Both the position numbers and the translations under genes were made by a program. Of a stretch of DNA of 29,209 nucleotides, positions 8,842 to 16,010 are shown in pieces; position 1 is the first letter of the stretch, and each line of letters begins with the position of its first letter. The notes under the pieces were generated by a model. It made no database searches. It was not told the DNA's origin and saw nothing but the letters and a program-made list of their open reading frames with translations. Location of the stretch: positions 1 through 29,209 of IMG/VR virus record IMGVR_UViG_3300027833_000174. The stretch is one strand, 5' to 3'. Origin of the DNA: a virus. Lineage: Duplodnaviria > Caudoviricetes.

Positions 8842-10169
8842 AAGCCAAAGCCTCTAGTAGACACCTTGGTGCCACCTCTAACAGGGAATAAGTATTCCAC
8901 AGCATAGCGTAATCCATCAGTCCAGTGTTCTACACCTTCTTTCTTACAGATAGTAGCTGTATCAGGGTTAGACTCTACCCAAGCAGTACGCTCAATAGAC
9001 TTAATAGTATTGTTGCATCTAGGATGAATATACATATCAATGTCACCATTAGCGTTCTTGAACTTCTTATTTATAGCCGCTACACTATCAATGATAGGTG
9101 GGGCTTTGTTATGTGCTCTAGTAGCTATGCCTTCAGCTTGTAATATGCTAAAGTCTGTTCTACCTACAGCCGCAGAAGACTTCCTAGCTTTTCCAGAAGG
9201 GTCTGGGTAACTAATAATCCTGTGGCCTCTATATTTATCCGCTAGATTTCTTGCCAAGGTTTCCGTATCAGGGTGTCCTTGAAACTCATCTAGTATGTGT
9301 ATTTGATTACCTCTTAGAGCAAAAGCACAAGATGCCATAATACCAACGTTAAAGTCGATAGCTACGTGTACATCTTCACCTGTCTCAAAGTAAGGTAGGT
9401 CTTTATCTATATGTTCTTTTCTGTTGAATGTATAGAAAACAGTATTACCAGAGTCCTCAAAGCTAGCTGAATACTCTCTAGCAAACTTTAGTGGGTCTAG
9501 TGTTAGCTTGACTCTTTCAATCTCATTCTCATCTAGGTAGGGGGAGTCGTGATAAGTATAGTGATAACTCTTCCATTGATTATCAGCATCCTGTCGATTA
9601 TACATCTCATAGAAATAGTTATAACCCATTGGTGTGCTAATGATTAAAGCTTTACCAGCATTAGCTCCGAACTTATCTGCGTTCTTTTTAGACCAACGTG
9701 TTGCTATACAAGGTTGAATAACTGATTCCCAAGACTCTTTAAGACTTGTACCAGCACCCTTCCAAGAGCAGACCTCATCGGCTACTACGAAGTATTGACC
9801 ACTACCACGCATCCTTTCAGATGCTTCATAGGACCATATCTTTAATATGACATTATTAGGGAACCAGAATGTTCCTGCTACTCTACTAGATTTCTCTGCG
9901 TAAGCTTCAGCACCTAGTATATAGGCTATTAAGGGATAGTAGATATCAATAGCCTGTGCATAAGTGGGAGCTATAATAGCAACATTCTTATTAGGTACAG
10001 ACGAATCTAATTCCATTAATTCTTGTACAGCTATCATAGCCGCTGTAGCCGCTAGGAATGATTTACCAAAACCACGACTAGCATTAACAACAGCATAACG
10101 ACATGATTGTTCTACAAAGAGGTCATTAATAACATCTGACTGTCCTTCGTGCAATACTATTTCTTCCAT
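8838..10169 (-). CDS. terL: terminase large subunit
   Basis: LHEGQ adenine motif, ASRGFGKS Walker A, VVADEV Walker B, ISTPMG coupling motif, and AIDFN and HWTDGLRY nuclease motifs. Confidence 0.95.
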   Translation of the reverse strand: MEEIVLHEGQSDVINDLFVEQSCRYAVVNASRGFGKSFLAATAAMIAVQELMELDSSVPNKNVAIIAPTYAQAIDIYYPLIAYILGAEAYAEKSSRVAGTFWFPNNVILKIWSYEASERMRGSGQYFVVADEVCSWKGAGTSLKESWESVIQPCIATRWSKKNADKFGANAGKALIISTPMGYNYFYEMYNRQDADNQWKSYHYTYHDSPYLDENEIERVKLTLDPLKFAREYSASFEDSGNTVFYTFNRKEHIDKDLPYFETGEDVHVAIDFNVGIMASCAFALRGNQIHILDEFQGHPDTETLARNLADKYRGHRIISYPDPSGKARKSSAAVGRTDFSILQAEGIATRAHNKAPPIIDSVAAINKKFKNANGDIDMYIHPRCNNTIKSIERTAWVESNPDTATICKKEGVEHWTDGLRYAVEYLFPVRGGTKVSTRGFGF

Positions 10170-10275
10170 TATATCTCTCCGGGCGCTACCGCACCACTAA
10201 CTATTATACACCATTATACTACTACACACTATTGTTGTAATGTAAATAATGACACAGACCACTATGGTCTTATTG

Positions 10276-10533
10276 TTACTTCTTCCTTCGGGCATCTGCA
10301 CTAGCCTTTTGGGCTTTCTTTAGTGCGGCTTTCTGTTTAGCAGTCATAGGACCGCGCATACCGGATACTTTACCAGATGCTATACGATTACCGAAAGTCT
10401 TATAACGAGGGTCTGATTGTAATACTTTAGTACCACTCATACGCAAAGGTTTACCAATTTCTTTAGCGGCTCTTTGCATCTTCAACTTAAACTTAAATAG
10501 TCGTCGTTGGAACTCTGATTGTTTTAAATCCAT
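10276..10533 (-). CDS. basic protein with shared KA..KA.KASA motif
   Basis: 85 aa, C-terminus MTAKQKAALKKAQKASADARRKK. Confidence 0.7.
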   Translation of the reverse strand: MDLKQSEFQRRLFKFKLKMQRAAKEIGKPLRMSGTKVLQSDPRYKTFGNRIASGKVSGMRGPMTAKQKAALKKAQKASADARRKK

Positions 10534-10534
10534 C

Positions 10535-10687
10535 TTATTTAGCCTTTCTTCTAACGACTATCTTACCGTTAACTTCAGATACTTTCATACCTGCTTTTTC
10601 TGTTTGGGCTTTTAATTGCTTATACTTCTGAGCAACAGTGAGGGGTTTCTTCTTAACTGTTTTCTTAACAGGTCTACTATACGCCAT
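10535..10687 (-). CDS. small basic protein (not in ORF track)
   Basis: Read manually: 50 aa MAYSRPVKKTVKKKPLTVAQKYKQLKAQTEKAGMKVSEVNGKIVVRRKAK, with a purine-rich RBS. Fills the gap exactly. Confidence 0.7.
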   Translation of the reverse strand: MAYSRPVKKTVKKKPLTVAQKYKQLKAQTEKAGMKVSEVNGKIVVRRKAK

Positions 10688-10704
10688 TATTTCTTCCCTT
10701 TATG

Positions 10705-11433
10705 TTACACATTACTTACTAACAAGATTTCAAAAGTTCCTGTAACTCTTGTGTTGTTAGTTTCAGCTTCTGCCGCTATAAAGTCAATATCTGTCTTCTC
10801 AGCAAGTACAATAGGAATCTTAGGAGCATAGTTGTAGCTACCCTCAAAGACTTCTGCCATGTGAGCAATCTTAAAAGAAGAGTTTAATGGTCTCTGTAGA
10901 AGCCTAATTTGAGCGTCTTTATTCTTTTGCGCTGTAGCACTAAGCTGAACAAGATACCCCGTATAGTCAGCAGGAATGGTATAGACACACATTAGTGTCT
11001 GACCTAGACCTTCATCGACCTTGGCTACCACTACACCACCGACACTAGCAGTAATGTCTCCAGCGTTAACTCCAGTGTGGTTGTAGATAATGCGGAACAC
11101 ACGAAGGAAAGCATTAACAGTAACAGCAGGAGTAGTGCCTGTCATGGTTAGCGTCTCAGTGAGTAGGTTGTAGTTAGCATCCAGACCTTGAATCTCAACA
11201 TCAGAGGTGTCAGCCGCTTCAGTAGACACCATTGTCAGAGTGGAGGCTGTAGCTAGGCTAGCCCACGGATATAGACCACCTTGGCTCCAGATAGTTTCTG
11301 GGTCTGTTCCTGTGTCTACATCAAAGTTAGCACCGAATTTATTAATAAAAGAATGACCACCAACTTCACCTTGAGCAACCTTAAGGTAAAAGTCTTCTGC
11401 CATCTCTTGCGAGTTAGTTAGTCTTATTGTCAT
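10705..11433 (-). CDS. conserved phage hypothetical protein, beta-rich, possibly virion
   Basis: 242 aa acidic Thr-rich protein with KFGANFDVD...ETIW.QGGLYPW and GLDANYN..TET motifs. AGGA RBS. Confidence 0.6.
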   Translation of the reverse strand: MTIRLTNSQEMAEDFYLKVAQGEVGGHSFINKFGANFDVDTGTDPETIWSQGGLYPWASLATASTLTMVSTEAADTSDVEIQGLDANYNLLTETLTMTGTTPAVTVNAFLRVFRIIYNHTGVNAGDITASVGGVVVAKVDEGLGQTLMCVYTIPADYTGYLVQLSATAQKNKDAQIRLLQRPLNSSFKIAHMAEVFEGSYNYAPKIPIVLAEKTDIDFIAAEAETNNTRVTGTFEILLVSNV

Positions 11434-11490
11434 CGTCCTTGCTCCTCATTGTAAGTTTATTAGTTAGTCTTATTGTCATCGTCCTTGCTC
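11414..11490. repeat. 31-bp direct repeat (11414-11444 and 11460-11490)
   Basis: ttagttagtcttattgtcatcgtccttgctc occurs twice with a 46-bp period. It spans the RBS and first codons of the 242-aa gene. Confidence 0.95.
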
Positions 11491-11496
11491 TTCTCA

Positions 11497-11694
11497 TTAC
11501 TTACTAGCACCCACAAATCCTGCAACAACACCAATAATGCCTGTTATGCTCATTTGTAATAGTTCAATAATGTTCTGGTCTAGCTCTGCATTGTGTTCTG
11601 AAGCCACCATGAATTCATCAACAACAATTAATCCTAGTAGACCCATAAGACCTACTGCCATTACTAGTACAATTAATCCTTTAATCTTCTGCAT
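11497..11694 (-). CDS. small two-TM membrane protein (holin-like)
   Basis: 65 aa with two hydrophobic segments. Start overlaps the terS end. Holin role is inference only. Confidence 0.55.
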   Translation of the reverse strand: MQKIKGLIVLVMAVGLMGLLGLIVVDEFMVASEHNAELDQNIIELLQMSITGIIGVVAGFVGASK

Positions 11695-12049
11695 TATCGT
11701 CTTCTTTCTTTCTCATAGTAAGTTTAATAGCCATTGGTTTCTTAGTAGAAACTTCTTGCTCAATCTTCTCAGGTACTTTCTTATAGCCATAAGCCATGAG
11801 GTTGTTAATAAGAGTTCCTTGAGTAGCAATAAGCTGTGCATAAGAGCCACTACCAACACGTATACTACCGTCATTTAAAGACTCCTCAATAGCCTGATAT
11901 TTCTCAATCATCATCTCAATAGGGTCGAAGCCAAGTTCTTCAAGCTTCTTATAAGCCGCCATAGAGTTAATGTTCTTAGAGCCTTTAGGACGTCCACTTC
12001 CCGGCTTCCGTACTTTGTCTAAATTTTTATTTCCCGGATGATTTGCCAT
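11681..12049 (-). CDS. terS: putative terminase small subunit
   Basis: 122 aa with KPGSGRPKGSKN N-terminal motif, LEELGFDPI helical core and LMAYGYKK. Strong AAGGAGGT RBS, upstream of terL. Confidence 0.6.
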   Translation of the reverse strand: MANHPGNKNLDKVRKPGSGRPKGSKNINSMAAYKKLEELGFDPIEMMIEKYQAIEESLNDGSIRVGSGSYAQLIATQGTLINNLMAYGYKKVPEKIEQEVSTKKPMAIKLTMRKKEDDNAED

Positions 12050-12111
12050 AATTGTTTACCTCCTTTTAAGGTTCTGGGGTTGTCATATTGTTTACATAGT
12101 TTAAATTTCAA

Positions 12112-12182
12112 AATAAAACCATTAAAAAACAACTAATTAATAACATAAAAAATTAAGTAGTTGAAATGTAATGGTTTTTATT
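12112..12182. repeat. 71-bp imperfect inverted repeat upstream of terS
   Basis: Nested arms AAAACCATTA/TAATGGTTTT, CAACTA/TAGTTG and TTAAT/ATTAA. Confidence 0.75.
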
Positions 12183-12218
12183 CTGTAAATAGTTCCAAAC
12201 TGTTAATAGTTTCACAGA

Positions 12219-12446
12219 TTACTCCAACTCACAGCGATTATTCTCTAAAGGTCCTAAATAAAACCTAGAATTAGATTCTTGAGCTTCTTTTTCATTCATC
12301 TCTATAAGCTTCTTTGCGTATACTTCTGTAGTAAAACTTATACCAAATACTTTAGGTACGTTCACCAGTAATATCGCTATGATAATACCATAAACTACTC
12401 CACGAACGATAGTCGGTAACAAGAGCTTTTTATGCTCATCAATCAT
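12219..12446 (-). CDS. small membrane-anchored protein
   Basis: 75 aa with one N-proximal TM segment. ATGA overlap with the upstream gene. Confidence 0.6.
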   Translation of the reverse strand: MIDEHKKLLLPTIVRGVVYGIIIAILLVNVPKVFGISFTTEVYAKKLIEMNEKEAQESNSRFYLGPLENNRCELE

Positions 12447-12691
12447 ATCACCAAACCCCCTTTTATAATAAAGGTTAAAATACCGCCGATAATAGCTCCA
12501 ACGAATAGTTTAACAACCCATCCAAGTATGCCATCAAAAGACTTTAGCTTATTCTTAGCAATATCAAGGTGAATATTAATGTTATTAATTTCTTCTTCCA
12601 TGTCACGTACAGTGTCTCTTAGCTTAAATAAGCGAGTCTCTATAGCGCTCTGTTCGTCACGTAACCTACGAATTTCATCTTCAGTTGACAT
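12443..12691 (-). CDS. coiled-coil protein with C-terminal TM (XhlA/holin-like architecture)
   Basis: 82 aa with heptad pattern followed by WVVKLFVGAIIGGILTFII. AAGGAG RBS. Confidence 0.6.
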   Translation of the reverse strand: MSTEDEIRRLRDEQSAIETRLFKLRDTVRDMEEEINNINIHLDIAKNKLKSFDGILGWVVKLFVGAIIGGILTFIIKGGLVI

Positions 12692-12885
12692 CTGAAGTCT
12701 CCTTTTTATTAATTTAAAATAGTTAAAGGGTTTTGTCTCATAGGTGAGCGAATATATTTAAAAACTTTCTTAAGAACATTTAGAAATAAGGACTTTTAAA
12801 GACCTCGAACTTATGTAATTAAAACAACAAAAACAAACTTATTTGTTAAAGCTGTTAGCAAGATAGTTTGTAGATATATTTAATA

Positions 12886-12912
12886 CCCCTACCCCCATAA
12901 TCCCCCTTCCCC
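12886..12912 (-). other. G-quadruplex-forming sequence
   Basis: GGGGAAGGGGGATTATGGGGGTAGGGG: four runs of 4-5 G with 2-5 nt loops, in AT-rich non-coding DNA. Confidence 0.6.
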
Positions 12913-12924
12913 AAGGAGTTCATA

Positions 12925-12945
12925 TCATTATTCCGCCCTATTTTT
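12925..12945 (-). promoter_or_regulatory. 21-bp motif, copy 1 (candidate phage promoter or regulator site)
   Basis: AAAAATAGGGCGGAATAATGA is identical to 24580-24600. Both copies are intergenic and in the same orientation. Confidence 0.65.
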
Positions 12946-12974
12946 CTTTAATATTAAATGATTAAAAACTATAC

Positions 12975-13049
12975 AAAAAAAAATATATATAACCCCCCAC
13001 CTATCCACACAGATTCCCGGTAAGGAGTCCATATGAATAGATGAGGGGT
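12975..13049 (-). terminator. long hairpin followed by U9 tract, end of middle operon
   Basis: 26-position stem (12992-13049) with six G-U pairs and one mismatch, then TATATATA and T9. Begins 5 nt after the stop at 13055. Confidence 0.7.
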
Positions 13050-13054
13050 GTAGT

Positions 13055-13612
13055 TTACTTACCCCAGTGGGATAAGCATGTTAGTATAACTTTATTAGTG
13101 TTAGGTAATTTAATAACCATATCCCAATATTCTTCGGCGACAATCACCACAGGGAATAATCCTTCTTCTATAAAACCACTAGGTCTTATTTGATTATATC
13201 TGTACATAGAATAAGGTAAGCTACCGATACTACGTGTGAGTGTTCCGGCACGTTGGTCTATGGGGTCAGTCACTACAAAGTTCTTGTTAGGGTCTGACCA
13301 TAGTTCTCTGATTAGTTTGTCTGTAAATTCATCAACACCGTAGATAGCGACTATGTCTAAACCTTTGAAGTCTTCTTTGAATGCTTGTACAGCAGACTTG
13401 GGAGAAGGTTTAAGTCTTATCTTGGTGGGTTTATTGTCTGATGAACCTTTAGGACGACCTCGAAGTTCTTTCTTCTTTACTACAATAGGAACCTCTTTAG
13501 GTTTTTCAGGTAGAGTTGGTTTCTTTATTTTAATAGGTTTAGTAACTTCTGCCTTTTTATTCTCTATTACTGCATCGATTATTTCTTCTACTACTTGTTT
13601 AGCTTCACTCAT
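13055..13612 (-). CDS. hypothetical protein, Lys/Pro-rich N-terminus with AT-hook-like RGRPKGS and alpha/beta C-terminal domain
   Basis: 185 aa. IVAIYGVDEF suggests a degenerate Rossmann-like start. Confidence 0.6.
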   Translation of the reverse strand: MSEAKQVVEEIIDAVIENKKAEVTKPIKIKKPTLPEKPKEVPIVVKKKELRGRPKGSSDNKPTKIRLKPSPKSAVQAFKEDFKGLDIVAIYGVDEFTDKLIRELWSDPNKNFVVTDPIDQRAGTLTRSIGSLPYSMYRYNQIRPSGFIEEGLFPVVIVAEEYWDMVIKLPNTNKVILTCLSHWGK

Positions 13613-13829
13613 CTAGAGAATCCTTTAAGTGACCATATCCACCAACAAGTTTAAATACTTGAGGTACTGTATTAACATTCATTTTGTTTACTAGTATGTC
13701 TTTAAATAGGGTTGTCTTCTCTTGTGTTTCCATTATATCAACATACACATAAGGTAACCCCTCTTGTTCTAAACGTTCTTTAGCTTTATCACAGAAGGGG
13801 CAGTTTCGTCTTCCAAGGACTAAATACAT
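13605..13829 (-). CDS. glutaredoxin
   Basis: CPFC active site plus TVPQVF and VGGY motifs. Confidence 0.9.
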   Translation of the reverse strand: MYLVLGRRNCPFCDKAKERLEQEGLPYVYVDIMETQEKTTLFKDILVNKMNVNTVPQVFKLVGGYGHLKDSLDE

Positions 13830-14005
13830 TACTCCCCTCCTTCTAAAGTCTCCAATGCATTAATGAAGCCTTCTGAGTAAAACTCGTATAACATGTCTTC
13901 GATACTGCCTGATGCATCCATCTCATACTCTGATATAAACTTATCAAACATAGCTTCTACAGCTTCTTCTAAGTCTGTAGGTACTTCTTTTACTTCATCA
14001 GTCAT
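13829..14005 (-). CDS. small acidic protein (not in ORF track)
   Basis: Read manually: 58 aa MTDEVKEVPTDLEEAVEAMFDKFISEYEMD...GGE, with GGGAG RBS and TAATG coupling. Confidence 0.7.
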   Translation of the reverse strand: MTDEVKEVPTDLEEAVEAMFDKFISEYEMDASGSIEDMLYEFYSEGFINALETLEGGE

Positions 14006-14016
14006 TTTATACTCCC

Positions 14017-14292
14017 TTATTTCTTTTTCTTAACAGGTTTCTTTTTACGCATTGGCATTGTGCCAGTCAAGTCTTTGTCTTCTTTTAACCATATTAGTCT
14101 AGTTATGTCATTACGATTAAGCCCAACGTCTTTTAACTCTCTGTCAGATAACATGTTTAGATGTTTAATGGCATCTCTGTGTTTTTGCCAAGTTTGGAGG
14201 TAGTTGTAAAATCTGTATAACCAAAGAAATGGTTTACGTACAGTACTACAGAATACTCTCCTAGCTCTACTATTCAGTAATTTCTTTATCAT
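14017..14292 (-). CDS. DUF1127 (YjiS-like) small protein
   Basis: WQKHRDAIKHLNMLSDRELKDVGLNRNDI matches the DUF1127 consensus L..LSD..L.D(I/V)GL.R.D(I/V). Confidence 0.8.
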   Translation of the reverse strand: MIKKLLNSRARRVFCSTVRKPFLWLYRFYNYLQTWQKHRDAIKHLNMLSDRELKDVGLNRNDITRLIWLKEDKDLTGTMPMRKKKPVKKKK

Positions 14293-14530
14293 TTTTTATT
14301 TCCATATATAAGTTTTCTAGTGCTGACTCTAACAACCTGATAACATCATAGTCATCTTCTATTGTTGTAGACAACTGTAGCTTGCTGTTGAGGACACCTA
14401 TTAAGATGCCCTCTTCAAATTGTTCTTCTATAACATCTAAGGCTACTTCGCTGGCTTGTTGTATAGCTTCCTCATCTGTTATGCTCTTGTTTTTATTTAT
14501 TATTTCAGTAAGATTCACTATTTGCGACAT
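14270..14530 (-). CDS. hypothetical acidic protein
   Basis: ORF track start is 14545. The likely start is 14530 (MSQIV), after GGAG. Confidence 0.6.
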   Translation of the reverse strand: MSQIVNLTEIINKNKSITDEEAIQQASEVALDVIEEQFEEGILIGVLNSKLQLSTTIEDDYDVIRLLESALENLYMEIKNDKEITE

Positions 14531-14792
14531 CGTAAACAGCTCCATTGTCTTCTATTTTCATTTCTTCATAAGGGGCAACAACACAACGATAGTGTTCCAT
14601 AGCCGCGCCACTTAAAGCACCCATCATCTGCTCCATGTGTTTATATCGAGGTTTATTATTACAACTGTTTTTATAGTATCTTTGAATTAGTGTTGCTATA
14701 GCGTATTGTAACTCCCCACCATTTTGTGGTGAGAAGTCCTTTCCGATTAAATGGTCAATTACGCTTCTGTCTTCTTTTGTTATATAAGGCAT
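14505..14792 (-). CDS. conserved phage hypothetical protein (DUF6899-like)
   Basis: MPYI...R, GELQYAIA.L and YR..VAPYE..KI..NG.VY pattern. Confidence 0.6.
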   Translation of the reverse strand: MPYITKEDRSVIDHLIGKDFSPQNGGELQYAIATLIQRYYKNSCNNKPRYKHMEQMMGALSGAAMEHYRCVVAPYEEMKIEDNGAVYDVANSESY

Positions 14793-14914
14793 TATATTGA
14801 TACTCCAAAGTATTGCAATGTTCTAATTGCTAAGAATACAAACCCCATGAATATAAAGAATTTAAAACCCAATTGAGCTAGTGTTCCCAAGACCATACCG
14901 ATTATCTCTCCCAT
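14792..14914 (-). CDS. small membrane protein (not in ORF track)
   Basis: Read manually: 40 aa MGEIIGMVLGTLAQLGFKFFIFMGFVFLAIRTLQYFGVSI. TAATG coupling. Confidence 0.6.
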   Translation of the reverse strand: MGEIIGMVLGTLAQLGFKFFIFMGFVFLAIRTLQYFGVSI

Positions 14915-14916
14915 AA

Positions 14917-15111
14917 TCACTCTTCTTTCTTTAGTGATTCCATTAAAAGTTTTGCTAAAGCCTTGTTACGTTCTTTCATAACCTCGGCTATGTAAGACAG
15001 GCGTTCAGATTCTTTCAATACATACTGTACTTCACCTAATATTTTAAGTTGTTCTTCATTAAAGTCATCAACATTAAATTCTTCATCGTCTATAGTTATT
15101 TTATTTGACAT
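14917..15111 (-). CDS. hypothetical protein
   Basis: 64 aa, ITIDDEEF followed by a coiled coil. AAGGA RBS. Confidence 0.65.
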   Translation of the reverse strand: MSNKITIDDEEFNVDDFNEEQLKILGEVQYVLKESERLSYIAEVMKERNKALAKLLMESLKKEE

Positions 15112-15120
15112 AATTTATCC

Positions 15121-15804
15121 TTACTTTTCAACTCGATAAGTATCAACTATCTTATCTATTATATTAAAATTCAAAGCTTCTTGCGGGGTCAACCATACAT
15201 CAGTAGGCCCAAGTAAATGCTTTCTTATTTCTTTCTCACGTAAACCTGTACATTCTTGATAGTGGTCTACCATCCACTCTGAAGTTTGTTCAAATGATTT
15301 AACCCTACCGTATAACTCATGTTCCTTACCTGAAGAACCTGCCGCGTATTGATGAGACATTATCTGTGCGGTTTTAGATGCAAACCTTTGTTCCCCTGCC
15401 ATTAAGGTTAAGATACCGCAGGAAGCGGCTAAACCAGAGGCCATAGTGTCTACGGGGACTTCTGAAGTTTGCATAGCATCTATTAGTGTTAGACATGAGT
15501 CGATTCTACCTCCGGGTGAGTTAATCATTAGTGTAATGCGTTCAGGTCGTAGTTCTTCTTCCATTAAATTGTATTCAAAGATACTAGCCACTATAGGCAT
15601 AATAGTTTCCATCTCAAACTTAGAAGTTAGCATAAGAATACCATTCTCACGCAAGTAAGTTCCCGGTGGCATCATAACTGCCGGTTCAGGTAACTTTTCT
15701 TCTACTTTCTTTTTAGCAGTGGTCTTCTTTTTTACTGGAGCTTTCTTAGCAGGGGTTTTCTTTTTAACTGCTTCATTAGCTAAGTTCCATAGTAATTGTG
15801 CCAT
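15121..15804 (-). CDS. clpP: ClpP-family protease with Lys-rich N-terminal extension
   Basis: INSPGG, GLAASCG (Ser), IMSHQ (His) and DVWLTPQEAL..NIIDKI (Asp). Confidence 0.88.
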   Translation of the reverse strand: MAQLLWNLANEAVKKKTPAKKAPVKKKTTAKKKVEEKLPEPAVMMPPGTYLRENGILMLTSKFEMETIMPIVASIFEYNLMEEELRPERITLMINSPGGRIDSCLTLIDAMQTSEVPVDTMASGLAASCGILTLMAGEQRFASKTAQIMSHQYAAGSSGKEHELYGRVKSFEQTSEWMVDHYQECTGLREKEIRKHLLGPTDVWLTPQEALNFNIIDKIVDTYRVEK

Positions 15805-15984
15805 TCATAATTTTCCTTTAAATTGATTTCCAATAAAAACATTGTCGTAACCTTCAGATTTATACTTATCAAATAAGTCAATAGCGGCGGCATATGATAA
15901 CAAATTATCATGTACCTTCACACCACTAACCCAAACAGTAAAATCACGTTTGGATACCCAATTAACAAAACCTGTTACTTCCAT
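15805..15984 (-). CDS. hypothetical protein (not in ORF track)
   Basis: Read manually: 59 aa MEVTGFVNWVSKRDFTVWVSGVKVHD...GYDNVFIG, with AGGAG RBS. Confidence 0.65.
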   Translation of the reverse strand: MEVTGFVNWVSKRDFTVWVSGVKVHDNLLSYAAAIDLFDKYKSEGYDNVFIGNQFKGKL

Positions 15985-16010
15985 AATTAATTCTCCTAAT
16001 TGATTGCTAC

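Noticed and set aside
10170-10275. Low-complexity gap upstream of terL as a small ORF or RNA
   Set aside because: Only a very short hydrophobic frame without a clear RBS, and no convincing structure.
11414-11490. 31-bp repeat as a mini CRISPR array
   Set aside because: Only two copies, a 15-bp spacer, no palindrome and no cas genes. Better explained as a duplicated gene junction.
12060-12112. Sigma70 promoter upstream of terS
   Set aside because: TTGAAA is present but there is no convincing -10 at 16-18 nt, and AT-rich DNA gives chance matches.
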